Position numbers and translations under genes: made by a program
Source of the DNA: a virus
Strand: one strand, 5' to 3'
Length of the DNA: 64,000 nt
Virus record (IMG/VR): IMGVR_UViG_3300045988_001753
Location: 32,001-96,000 of that record
Part shown: in pieces, positions 26,136-35,766 of the stretch
Layout of the letters: every line of letters begins with the position of its first letter
Position numbering within the stretch: position 1 is the first letter of the stretch
The notes under the pieces: model-generated
What the model saw: only the letters and a program-made list of their open reading frames with translations
Told to the model about the DNA's origin: nothing
Database searches by the model: none

Positions 26136-29100
26136 TTACTCAAAGTAATGCACAATCATATCATGCAATACAGTCTTATTTACATTCTCTTCTTCCATAG
26201 ATAGCTTGATATATAACCAAGGATTCCTCATTCTATCTCTACCTTTCTTAGTAGAACCAACAGCATTAGCTCTTGGTATGTTAGCCCTCCAAATTCTAAA
26301 CTTCTTCTTCAAGTCAGAAGGTCTTCCTAAGATATTATTTAGAGTAGAAGTACCTTGTTGATATTCATTCCATACAGTTAGAGTATCAAATGTTGTATTG
26401 AGCAGATTACCATTCTTGTCCCAGCTATCTGACCTGAACTCAAGGTTATTAAATATCTTGTCTACAGGCATATCTGGGTTAGCTATTATGGTAGTATAGA
26501 ATGGCTGATATACTCCAAAGAACATATTATAGTCTCCTTCATTATGCAACCAAGGTCTATACAATGTACCTGTACCTTCAACATTAAGAGCAATTCCTCT
26601 GTCTTCAAGGTTAGTGAAGTAAGGCATCTTCTCATAACTATAGAATGAGCTGAACTGACCTAATGGCTCAGAGAATGCTAAACACTCATCCTTGCTAATA
26701 AAGAATACATCACCATTAACCTTGTCATAGTAGGTAACAAATCCATCAAAGTCTACTGGGTTCCATATATCTATACTATCAGAGGCTCTGTTAATCCAAG
26801 AGTGGAAACCTAATCTATCTGATAGATTATCCAACTGACCATTGAATAAGAATATTCCTTTTGTGATGTCATCTATAAAGTAAATACCATTAGATGTTTC
26901 ACACATGGACCATTTATTAGTACATCCTATTCTATCAGAGATATATCTCTTACCATTAACCTTTCCACTGTTTGCAATCTCAATAGGGACTCCATCAGTA
27001 GAAGAAATCTGCATATTCTCATTATATAGGATTTGGCTGATACCTCTATCTTGGAAAGCAAGTATATTGTTATTAAACCTTCTCAGTGCCCTTACATTTC
27101 CCTTATCCCCATCAAGGTCAAGGGTAGATGCAAGAGTGATGTTAGTCCAAGTATCTATTAACTCTCCAGCAGTTTTAGTCTTAGTCCAAGTAATTGAATT
27201 ATGGAAGTTATCCAAGTTCAACTTGTTTGGATTAATTGTCCTATAGTTGAAGAAATTATTAGGTTGAGAATATACATCATTCATCAAGTTAAAGTTCTCA
27301 GGAGTAATTGAGAAATTACTTGTTTGTCCTCTGTTCCTATCATATCTACCATCAATATTTACCCTTGTTTCACACATGAATGATACAATATCAGTTACTG
27401 CATTCTGGTCTTCAAGAGTGAAAGGGTAAGTCTTGATATGGTCATATCTTTGGAAATAGGTATCACCTTCTTCCCACCTGATAGTAATACTGCTCTTGAC
27501 TCCATTGTTAGTATCTACAAGAGAAATTGGGTCTCCACAAGGTAGCCATACATTATTTTCAAATGCCTCTTCTGTCTGACCTCCAAACCTATTCTGTACA
27601 CTATCATTATACAATTCTCCTAACCATAGCCATCCATGTTGAATACTTGATACAGCAGATATAGGACCTCTTGGAGCACCAGTAATAATAGTATCTTGTG
27701 ATACACTCTTGGTACTTCCTGACTTATCCCAATACATGTGTTGCCCACTTGGAGCACCTGAGTTCTGTGCATTTACAAACCAAGTATCATCATAATCACC
27801 ATCCTTGATATTAGGTAATATCCTTTGAGCACCTGATGTAGTATAGTTTAGAGCTAATACAGCATGAGGAGTAGACTTATACTTGATTCTAACAGGGTCA
27901 GTACCTGTAATTTGGTCAGTAAATCTACTATCTACCTGCATATACCCACTACTAAACAAAGTATGTGCATTAGTCTCTGCACTTTGAACTCCAGTAGTCA
28001 TAATAGGATAACCATCCTTCTTATCACCAATTCTTGAGATAGTAAGAAGCTTATCTACATTACCATAGTAGTTAATATCTGTAAGACCTGAGTTCTCTTG
28101 TGCAGGTAATCTAACAAGTGATACTTCATTAGAATCAAATACTGCAACTCCTGATATACCAGTTCTTGTGCCATTACCACTCACATAAGCATTCCATATA
28201 TTACCTGAATCCAAGTAGACTGACTTATATGAATACCTCATATTAGACATCTTCTTCTTGTCAAGCATAGCTGACCTATACCCATCAGTAGCAAACTTAG
28301 TGTTATTAAGTGAGCCATTTCTGTGCCAAGGATATACAACAAATCCAGTAGTATAGTGATGAGTATTACCTGTATCTTTCTTGTATGCAGTTAATTCATC
28401 AAACCAGAATGCTCCAGAGATTAATCCTCTCCATCCAAAATGAGAATCACCAAGATGTGACCCAAGCCCTTCATAACTAAAATCATTCTCTACACCAACA
28501 GGTTCTTTATAGAATCCAGCAGGCAACTCTGAACTATCATAGAAGTTATTAACAGGAGTAGAAGTCTGAATATCAATATCTGAGGCAAATGCAGTTAGGG
28601 GAACCATACCTACTATCCTCAGTTTCAATCCTGATGTATCAATACTTCTTACTTCATTATCAAACTCAATGTCAGGTGAGTGGAAAGTTAATATTGATTG
28701 GTCAATGTAGTAATTCTCTGCATTGTTAGATACCCAACTTGCAACATCTGAGTCAGTTGCAGTATCATCAACATAAGGACCAGAAGGAGGATTCCAAATA
28801 CATTGGATTTCTGCATTTCTATTACTATTGCCTGGAATAGGTCTATTATGCCTAAACTCTGCCCAAGCTCCCTTATTGACTACATCAATATTGTATTGTG
28901 TCTCTCCTGAAGTAACTATAGTCCTATTATTAGACATGATACCTGCCCTTGAATATGCAGATGGGTCTCCTAAGAATCTTCCTAATCCTACCCAGTCTCC
29001 ACCCCAAGCACCTTCATCATTCTGAACATAGTGGAAAGCCTTGTATTCATCAAATGGTGCATTAGGTCTTGTAAACCAAGATGACTGTGCAAATGGAGAA

Positions 29101-31007
29101 TTACCAAATCTATCGGATATATTATACACAGTAGGGCAAAGAATGCCTTGACATACAGCTTCTCTATCATTAATGGTAGGATATACTACAACAGGTCTTA
29201 TTCTAACATATCCATTGCTAAGAAGCCTGTCAATAATAGTAGTATCATTTAATGTAAATTCAGCTACTGGTAATCCTATCTTATTATCACTATAAAAGGT
29301 AGTGTCTATATGAACAGTGTTTCTAACATCATTAATCCATATAGGTTCTGACCATTTACCTGTATAGTGCTGAGCCTGAATACCAAATCTGTAATACTCA
29401 AGATATTTGAATGTCTTAAACTGATAAGAGTTCATCTTGAGTTGGTTACTATAAGGATAGTAGCCCTTAGCTTCTGGAGAACTTATACTTTTATTATAGG
29501 TAGAGAAGGTAATACTCTTGCCTTTGAAGTAGCTTCTAATAGTAGAGTCAAGAGTTTTTCTCTTTGTCTCAATGTCTCCAAGGAACAGAGTATTATCCTT
29601 TTGAGCCATTGTACCAAACACTACTTCCTCTCCACCAATATATAACAATTCAGTAGGGTCTACAGAATCTCCTGATGAGCCATTGTCAGTGTAAGTAACT
29701 TTAGCTATACTAAGAGTACCAGTCATATTACCATTATTAGCCAATTGCATACTTGCCTTATTACCATTGGTAATAGTAATAATGAATGATGTGCCTGTAT
29801 CCCAAGTCAGGTAGTCACCTCCAAAGTTTATACCATAATATTCATTAGTATCAAATGTCCAAGACTTGTAGTTTGACCCTGAGTAAGAAGGTTCATATTG
29901 GTCAAGTGTTTTATCTGCCTTATAACCATCCCTTAAATACATAGTCATCTTATTAGCTGGGAGATTAATCTCATAACTACTAAGCTTATAATTTGACCTT
30001 CCTGTAGGAGGAGCTAAATCTACAACTCTCCTAACATCTGGAGTTGCATTTATGCTTGTTCTATGTATTGAATATATTCTGATGTAGTCAAATCTCTTAT
30101 CTACATTAGTCACCTCTATATTGAAACTGTTACTTACTCTATCCTCAGGACTTGCACCTCTGTTATTATATGAGATGTAGTAAAGTGGAGAAGTATAGAA
30201 GATGTTACTCTCCTGACCATACTTGTTAAAGTAGGTAAAGGCATACTGTATAACTCCAGGAGCAAAACTACCATTAGCTACAATATTCCTTTCAATAGTG
30301 ATTTCCTCATTCAGACTAAGTGTCCTCACAAAGTTGAATGAATCAGTATTCCATTTGCTTACTACATCAGATGCAGCAGCTATGTTAATTACTCTTGGCT
30401 GATTTAGACCATCAGTCCAGTACACCTTTCTAATATCAGTGTTCTCATAGAAAGAAATAGTCTCTATAGGATGCTTGTAATTAAATCCTAAGTCTCCTCT
30501 AAACAGTCTCTTTCCAGTTAATGCACCATTGTTGAACCATAGCTTATAGATTCTATCATCCAACATAGAATCTACATCTATATTCAACTTGTATGGACAA
30601 TCTACAAGGGTAATATCTCCAATAGAACTTAGGTCAGGAGTAATATCATTTGCAGTATCTTCCCCAGCAGTAAGGTCAGTAATGAGAACATCACAAGGGA
30701 ATATATCAGGTGCCTCGAATATATTAGGAGTTATATCTGCTAATCTATAATCATCATCTCCAGCAGCAAAGATAATAAGCTCATTATTAACCAATGCCTG
30801 TCCAATAGGAATACCTTTAATATGGTCCCCTACACCTGCTATACTTGATTTCTTATTACCTTTCTCATTTATCAAACTAAGCAGAGTACTCTCATCAGTT
30901 GGCATTACCCTAACATTCTTATTCTCATAAGAATATTCAGAGTTAAATGCAGAAGCTGATAAGTCCCTCTGCATTCCTTTTGTTTTGAATTGTACAACTT
31001 TCTGCAT
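26136..31007 (-). CDS. large tail structural protein (muzzle/hub-type by position)
   Basis: 1623-aa ORF with a beta-rich composition. It sits between small tail/ring-like genes and cargo-like genes, the position of the largest tail component in crAss-like phages (synteny recalled, not searched). Confidence 0.5.
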   Translation of the reverse strand: MQKVVQFKTKGMQRDLSASAFNSEYSYENKNVRVMPTDESTLLSLINEKGNKKSSIAGVGDHIKGIPIGQALVNNELIIFAAGDDDYRLADITPNIFEAPDIFPCDVLITDLTAGEDTANDITPDLSSIGDITLVDCPYKLNIDVDSMLDDRIYKLWFNNGALTGKRLFRGDLGFNYKHPIETISFYENTDIRKVYWTDGLNQPRVINIAAASDVVSKWNTDSFNFVRTLSLNEEITIERNIVANGSFAPGVIQYAFTYFNKYGQESNIFYTSPLYYISYNNRGASPEDRVSNSFNIEVTNVDKRFDYIRIYSIHRTSINATPDVRRVVDLAPPTGRSNYKLSSYEINLPANKMTMYLRDGYKADKTLDQYEPSYSGSNYKSWTFDTNEYYGINFGGDYLTWDTGTSFIITITNGNKASMQLANNGNMTGTLSIAKVTYTDNGSSGDSVDPTELLYIGGEEVVFGTMAQKDNTLFLGDIETKRKTLDSTIRSYFKGKSITFSTYNKSISSPEAKGYYPYSNQLKMNSYQFKTFKYLEYYRFGIQAQHYTGKWSEPIWINDVRNTVHIDTTFYSDNKIGLPVAEFTLNDTTIIDRLLSNGYVRIRPVVVYPTINDREAVCQGILCPTVYNISDRFGNSPFAQSSWFTRPNAPFDEYKAFHYVQNDEGAWGGDWVGLGRFLGDPSAYSRAGIMSNNRTIVTSGETQYNIDVVNKGAWAEFRHNRPIPGNSNRNAEIQCIWNPPSGPYVDDTATDSDVASWVSNNAENYYIDQSILTFHSPDIEFDNEVRSIDTSGLKLRIVGMVPLTAFASDIDIQTSTPVNNFYDSSELPAGFYKEPVGVENDFSYEGLGSHLGDSHFGWRGLISGAFWFDELTAYKKDTGNTHHYTTGFVVYPWHRNGSLNNTKFATDGYRSAMLDKKKMSNMRYSYKSVYLDSGNIWNAYVSGNGTRTGISGVAVFDSNEVSLVRLPAQENSGLTDINYYGNVDKLLTISRIGDKKDGYPIMTTGVQSAETNAHTLFSSGYMQVDSRFTDQITGTDPVRIKYKSTPHAVLALNYTTSGAQRILPNIKDGDYDDTWFVNAQNSGAPSGQHMYWDKSGSTKSVSQDTIITGAPRGPISAVSSIQHGWLWLGELYNDSVQNRFGGQTEEAFENNVWLPCGDPISLVDTNNGVKSSITIRWEEGDTYFQRYDHIKTYPFTLEDQNAVTDIVSFMCETRVNIDGRYDRNRGQTSNFSITPENFNLMNDVYSQPNNFFNYRTINPNKLNLDNFHNSITWTKTKTAGELIDTWTNITLASTLDLDGDKGNVRALRRFNNNILAFQDRGISQILYNENMQISSTDGVPIEIANSGKVNGKRYISDRIGCTNKWSMCETSNGIYFIDDITKGIFLFNGQLDNLSDRLGFHSWINRASDSIDIWNPVDFDGFVTYYDKVNGDVFFISKDECLAFSEPLGQFSSFYSYEKMPYFTNLEDRGIALNVEGTGTLYRPWLHNEGDYNMFFGVYQPFYTTIIANPDMPVDKIFNNLEFRSDSWDKNGNLLNTTFDTLTVWNEYQQGTSTLNNILGRPSDLKKKFRIWRANIPRANAVGSTKKGRDRMRNPWLYIKLSMEEENVNKTVLHDMIVHYFE

Positions 31008-31009
31008 AG

Positions 31010-31717
31010 TTATTGTAATTTAATGTATTCCTTATTACCAAGAGATGAGAATCCATTATTAAACTCACTTGTCCTTTGTATGAGTGTATTCCACATTCTT
31101 GATATACTCTCCATCTCAGACTGTGATGGAATAGTAAATTCACTCTGCAATTGACCAGCCAACCAAGCATATTGTTGCTGAGTATTCTGTAATACAGCAG
31201 GAGCAATCTTACCCATATCAAATAGAATAGTAAATGCCTCTCTCTTGATATATGCTTCAAGTGCCTTCAGGAATACAGGGTTATCAATAAGTAGTGGAAA
31301 TCCATCCTTATCTACTGGGATTGCCTTATAGGACACTGACACATCTCCTGTCTTGAAGGATACATATAATACTTGTCCTTGTGTTTTGAAGGACAACTCT
31401 TGTGGTATCTTGTAGCCAGCACTTCTGTCATAGTGTTCTCTTGGCATGAAATTATATGTCATGCTTCTAAGGCATACACCAGTTTTACACTCTTTAATCT
31501 GATTGATAGATATTAAATCACAAGGAAGCTTAGCTCTAAAATCCTCTATATGAAGAACCTCTTCCTTATCTTGATATAACTTTGGCATACCAAATATACC
31601 AATGAAGTCAATGGTATATTGTACAGCCTGCTCAAGAGTTACATCTTGAAGAAGAGGATGTCTCAGTACTCTACTTAGAGCTTCTCTTATATTTATGTAG
31701 TTATATTCTTTTACCAT
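31010..31717 (-). CDS. hypothetical structural (tail-proximal) protein
   Basis: 235-aa ORF, 2 nt from the neighbouring genes in the late operon. Confidence 0.5.
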   Translation of the reverse strand: MVKEYNYINIREALSRVLRHPLLQDVTLEQAVQYTIDFIGIFGMPKLYQDKEEVLHIEDFRAKLPCDLISINQIKECKTGVCLRSMTYNFMPREHYDRSAGYKIPQELSFKTQGQVLYVSFKTGDVSVSYKAIPVDKDGFPLLIDNPVFLKALEAYIKREAFTILFDMGKIAPAVLQNTQQQYAWLAGQLQSEFTIPSQSEMESISRMWNTLIQRTSEFNNGFSSLGNKEYIKLQ

Positions 31718-31719
31718 AA

Positions 31720-32250
31720 TTATATCTTGAAAGCATCTATCTTTCCTTCTTTTATTCTTTGTTTTAATCTCTTCTTCAGTTCTCTATTAACATTAAATTC
31801 ATAGAAGACCTGATTATTATAGTCTGCTAACTGCTTATTATAGTAGACCTTAAAGATTTCTTTTTCCTCCACTTTAACCAGTGTTTTTTCCTTATAGGCT
31901 TCCTCATCTTCATACCATAATTTAAGAGTTTTATCCCAGTCTATAGGTAGGTTAGTCTTAACCTTTTCACCATCAAAACTAACTCTCACATCATATTTCC
32001 TTAGCTCTATTCTACCCATTCTATGTGGTAACTTAATATCATTACCATGAAGGAAACTATCAGCTAAGTAGTCATTGACTTTCCTTACAATACTATAGAA
32101 CTCATGTTCTGTAAGACATCTTCCTATATTGAGCCAGCCATTCTTTCTTATCCACTTATAGGCTGAGTAAACCCCAATTGAGTTAGTAACTTTGTGTTTT
32201 CTTGGACTATTCAGATGCTGAACCTCGGACCTAAATTCTTCATAAGTCAT
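31720..32250 (-). CDS. hypothetical basic protein adjacent to the GIY-YIG endonuclease
   Basis: 176-aa Lys/Arg-rich ORF. Overlaps the GIY-YIG gene by 11 nt. Confidence 0.5.
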   Translation of the reverse strand: MTYEEFRSEVQHLNSPRKHKVTNSIGVYSAYKWIRKNGWLNIGRCLTEHEFYSIVRKVNDYLADSFLHGNDIKLPHRMGRIELRKYDVRVSFDGEKVKTNLPIDWDKTLKLWYEDEEAYKEKTLVKVEEKEIFKVYYNKQLADYNNQVFYEFNVNRELKKRLKQRIKEGKIDAFKI

Positions 32251-32971
32251 ACCTCACCTCCCAACCTTTAATGTTACTTCTCTTATTGTTAAGTACATCT
32301 AATATATGAACATTAGAAGATACACCAAGAAATTTAGCAAACTTGTAGGAGGAAGAAAACTTTAGCACTTGTCCAGTATTACTATTAGTGCAAATTATTG
32401 GTTTAGCCTTCTTCCTTAAAGAGCTGTTTAGATTTATCAAGTTCAAGTCTTTATTATATTCATACCTGAATTGATAATCACCACAAGTCTTCCTTTTCAT
32501 ATTAGCTGCCATTCCAATATTTCTCCTATCTAAACCATAATAATCAGCAGCTTCATTACAAGAACTAAAAGCATTAATCAATGTACCATGTAGATTATAT
32601 ACATAAATCTTCTTATTATTAGATTTATCTTTATACCTACCTTCTCCACCTCCAGATATATTACATAAGCATCCTGAATTGTTGATAATTCTGCCATAAG
32701 TAGATATAAGTTCTATTTCTTTACTCTTACATTCTTCTTCTGTTAAGTCATCATACAAAATTTTAACTATCCTACCATGCTTACTAAAACATCTTAGCCA
32801 TAAATAATTTCTTGACCATGATGAACATTGATATGCTCTTGCATAAATCTGACTATGGGAAGCTCCTTTTCTCTTCTTCCCAATACCTATGTAAAACAGC
32901 TCATTTGTATCAGACTTATAATGTCCATATACAAAATAACACCTATCTTTCTCTTCTTGACAAGACTCCAT
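32240..32971 (-). CDS. free-standing GIY-YIG homing endonuclease with NUMOD/IENR-like DNA-binding repeats
   Basis: 243 aa. YFVYGHY-(9 aa)-LFYIGIG matches the GIY-(10-11 aa)-YIG spacing. Downstream conserved R, E (KEIELISTYG) and N (LCNISGGGEG). Two C-terminal repeats of the type IYVYNLHGTLINAFSSCNEAADYYGL and VLKFSSSYKFAKFLGVS. Confidence 0.8.
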   Translation of the reverse strand: MESCQEEKDRCYFVYGHYKSDTNELFYIGIGKKRKGASHSQIYARAYQCSSWSRNYLWLRCFSKHGRIVKILYDDLTEEECKSKEIELISTYGRIINNSGCLCNISGGGEGRYKDKSNNKKIYVYNLHGTLINAFSSCNEAADYYGLDRRNIGMAANMKRKTCGDYQFRYEYNKDLNLINLNSSLRKKAKPIICTNSNTGQVLKFSSSYKFAKFLGVSSNVHILDVLNNKRSNIKGWEVRYDL

Positions 32972-32977
32972 AACTCA

Positions 32978-33667
32978 CTATTTGGTTGCTACTTCTGACA
33001 ACTCATCCTTTGCATCATTGGATTCATCCTTAGGTCTGTACTCAGCACCTAATAACTCCTTAACTACAAGTTCAATCATAGGAGGTATAAGAGCATCCTC
33101 AATAGGGAAAGTCTTATCTAATACATCACATACTGTATCACCATTCTCATCAGGGCACTGCAATTCTGATGCAGCCTGTGGGTCTTCAAATATACCTGTC
33201 ATTCTTGCCTTTTCAAGATACAAGTACTGTGGATTGAAAGACTTAAAGTATAGGTAATTATCTGGACCAATAGAAGCATAGATGATATTTTTCAGATACT
33301 TATTATACCCCACATATCTCATCCTTTCTCTACTTACATAAGTAATCTCCCCTTGATAATAATCAACTGGGTACACCATAGGATTACCTATCTTCATTAG
33401 GAAAGGTATCTTCTCCTTACTTCTTAGATAAGAACCACCTTCACAAGGCTCACCTGATATAGCAGGTACCTCAATTAAATCCAAGCATATAGTCTGATAA
33501 TTACTCTCAGGTATCTGCTTCTTTACATCTGAATATCTCTGTTTCAGTAAGAATGTCCTATACTTGCCAAGTAGAAACATAACATGTTCCTCTGTATATA
33601 GGGCATCATCTGAGTACAGTTTCAATTCATCAAGTACCATGTAGGTTAATTCTTTATATGTACTCAT
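32978..33667 (-). CDS. hypothetical structural protein
   Basis: 229-aa ORF with its own consensus promoter. Confidence 0.5.
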   Translation of the reverse strand: MSTYKELTYMVLDELKLYSDDALYTEEHVMFLLGKYRTFLLKQRYSDVKKQIPESNYQTICLDLIEVPAISGEPCEGGSYLRSKEKIPFLMKIGNPMVYPVDYYQGEITYVSRERMRYVGYNKYLKNIIYASIGPDNYLYFKSFNPQYLYLEKARMTGIFEDPQAASELQCPDENGDTVCDVLDKTFPIEDALIPPMIELVVKELLGAEYRPKDESNDAKDELSEVATK

Positions 33668-33702
33668 AACATCATTATTTACTATAACTAAAAATCCTTG
33701 TG

Positions 33703-33733
33703 CAAAGATAAGTAATTATTATCAGTTACACAA
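33703..33733 (-). promoter_or_regulatory. Bacteroidota-type promoter (TTG-N20-TAnnTTTG) bracketed by a 12-bp inverted repeat
   Basis: Minus strand reads TTG-tgtaactgataataattact-TAtcTTTG, ending 35 nt before ATG 33667. A perfect inverted repeat AAAATCCTTGTG (33691-33702) / CACAAGGATTTT (33729-33740) encloses it. Confidence 0.7.
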
Positions 33734-33773
33734 GGATTTTACTATTTTTATGTCAGAAGTATTAATGTAATAA

Positions 33774-34049
33774 TTATACTGACTTGCCTGTACAAGAGAT
33801 TGAAGTGTTTGCTATATACTCTGGATAAGGTATTAAGCAAGTAGAACCATATAGACAGTATAGGGCACTATCTAAAATTCTATACTCTTCTTCTGTTATA
33901 AAGGACTTACAATCACTCTCAAACAAATCATATATGAATATCAGCACCAATAGTTTATCTACCTCTGAATAACTCATATATCCTAACTTTGATAGGACAT
34001 TGAAATATCTTGTAAGTGATTCATTAAGTACCTTGTCCATAGCATCCAC
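33774..34049 (-). CDS. hypothetical protein
   Basis: 91-aa ORF in the late operon. Overlaps the upstream gene by 26 nt. Confidence 0.45.
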   Translation of the reverse strand: MDAMDKVLNESLTRYFNVLSKLGYMSYSEVDKLLVLIFIYDLFESDCKSFITEEEYRILDSALYCLYGSTCLIPYPEYIANTSISCTGKSV

Positions 34050-34587
34050 AATTAGGGGTTATCACTGAATCTTTAATTCCCATAAAGAATCTCTTCCAAT
34101 ACTTTATTGCCTCGGTATAATGACCTGTCTTTACAGCAAGTTCAAATGCCTTATATTGAAGTATGTAGTTGATGAAGTTCTTAGGAATAGAACAAGTATC
34201 ACTCAATTCTTTAATGTAACTAAAGGCATGTTGGTACAGAGGATAAAGGTTAGATACAACTCCTAATGTAGTAATATTATCCATCCCACAAGGAGTATTT
34301 GCAGCAGGTGTGCCCTTAGTCCTAATATACACAAAGAAAAGATTGTCATTAAGAGTTGGTAATAGGTCTCCTGTTCCCAGTTCTAATCTGACTGACTTGG
34401 TATTTCCTTCTATAACTTCTGTATATACAACTTCACTACTTGGACCAGACTCAACAAAGGTATCTTGAGTATCTATCTGTATAGTATCAAGATATACATT
34501 TGTGTAATACTCTAAGTCCTTGACAGATACATCTATAATCAGCTTTTGCCCATCAGGGGTTATTCTTAACTCATTAAATTGTACCAT
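34024..34587 (-). CDS. hypothetical structural protein
   Basis: 187-aa ORF immediately downstream of the terminator at 34603-34634. Confidence 0.5.
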   Translation of the reverse strand: MVQFNELRITPDGQKLIIDVSVKDLEYYTNVYLDTIQIDTQDTFVESGPSSEVVYTEVIEGNTKSVRLELGTGDLLPTLNDNLFFVYIRTKGTPAANTPCGMDNITTLGVVSNLYPLYQHAFSYIKELSDTCSIPKNFINYILQYKAFELAVKTGHYTEAIKYWKRFFMGIKDSVITPNCGCYGQGT

Positions 34588-34602
34588 AATTAAATGTTTA
34601 TA

Positions 34603-34634
34603 TAAAAAGAAAGGGAGACTTAATAGCCTCCCTT
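34603..34634 (-). terminator. rho-independent terminator after the 363-aa gene
   Basis: Minus strand stem AAGGGAGGCT / AGTCTCCCTT with a 4-nt loop, followed by TCTTTTTAT. Confidence 0.8.
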
Positions 34635-34644
34635 ATAAATTTGT

Positions 34645-35736
34645 TTAGCTTGCTGACACATCAAGAGTAGCTATAGTTAAACCTGTAGCAGTGTTAATTG
34701 CAGAAATAATGCTGTTAGCAAGAGCATTACTTGCTTGATTATTAGCTCCTACCTTTGGTACTACAAGAGTAATTGTCTTTTCAGACTTTTGTACACTCTC
34801 ATTGCTACCTACATAAGCATAGTGGATGTCAATCACATTATACTTAACAGTTGGGTCTACAAGATAAGTAGTAGGAATATTGTTAGGGAATCCAACTCCT
34901 CTATAAATATCACCTCTCTCACCCATGCAGAAGTACTCAAGGTCTGCAATCTTCTTACCATTGTCAATTGTACCAGCATCTTCATTATCTGTAACAGTAC
35001 CCCAGATTCTCTCATCACCACTTACAAGAACTGTTGTAGGCTGTACTGTAAAGTACACAGGAGTCTGTGCCATAACACCTAATCTCCAAGGCTGCTCTAC
35101 CTCAGTAATTCTGATACTATCAATATCAGTTACAAGGGTATCTGTTGCATAGTATGGGTTAGTAGTATCACTCTTACCATTATCCTTAGTAGTAGGAGTT
35201 ACAACCATGTAACCATTAGAGTCAAATCCTCCCTTGCTCTTAGTAGCCTTACTATGTACTTCAATCTTAATCAGAGGTACTACCTCTCTACTGAAGTTCT
35301 TAGCAATTGATAATGCAAGAACCTTATAGAACTCATCTGCATCCATACCAGCATAGGCATGAACCATACCATACTTGAAGTACTGGTCTTCATCTGACAT
35401 TCCTACATATTGTCTGAATGCAATTCTCAGGATATAATCCTGTCCAGCTACAGGAGCACCACCATTAACATTGGTGTCAAGAGTCACAGTAACTGACTTC
35501 AATTCATGTGCCATAGCATCAGCGTCAGTAGCCTTAGCATAAAGGATATTCTTGATGTCAATTAGGTCACTTCTCATCAAGTTGTCAGCACCCTTATATT
35601 CAAAGTACAGATGATTCTTTGCAGTATCATTCTTTACTGCAATAGAGCCAGCAGCATCTGATGCAAGTACATGAGGAGTCTTCAGTGCTTTTGCTACATA
35701 AAGCTGTCTTACTTGATTTGTACTAAATGTTGCCAT
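34645..35736 (-). CDS. abundant head-associated protein (auxiliary capsid protein by position)
   Basis: 363-aa ORF, fourth gene after the putative MCP, followed by a strong terminator. The assignment rests only on synteny with the crAss001-type head module (recalled). Confidence 0.35.
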   Translation of the reverse strand: MATFSTNQVRQLYVAKALKTPHVLASDAAGSIAVKNDTAKNHLYFEYKGADNLMRSDLIDIKNILYAKATDADAMAHELKSVTVTLDTNVNGGAPVAGQDYILRIAFRQYVGMSDEDQYFKYGMVHAYAGMDADEFYKVLALSIAKNFSREVVPLIKIEVHSKATKSKGGFDSNGYMVVTPTTKDNGKSDTTNPYYATDTLVTDIDSIRITEVEQPWRLGVMAQTPVYFTVQPTTVLVSGDERIWGTVTDNEDAGTIDNGKKIADLEYFCMGERGDIYRGVGFPNNIPTTYLVDPTVKYNVIDIHYAYVGSNESVQKSEKTITLVVPKVGANNQASNALANSIISAINTATGLTIATLDVSAS

Positions 35737-35766
35737 TTTAATTTAATATTAAATTATACAATAGTT

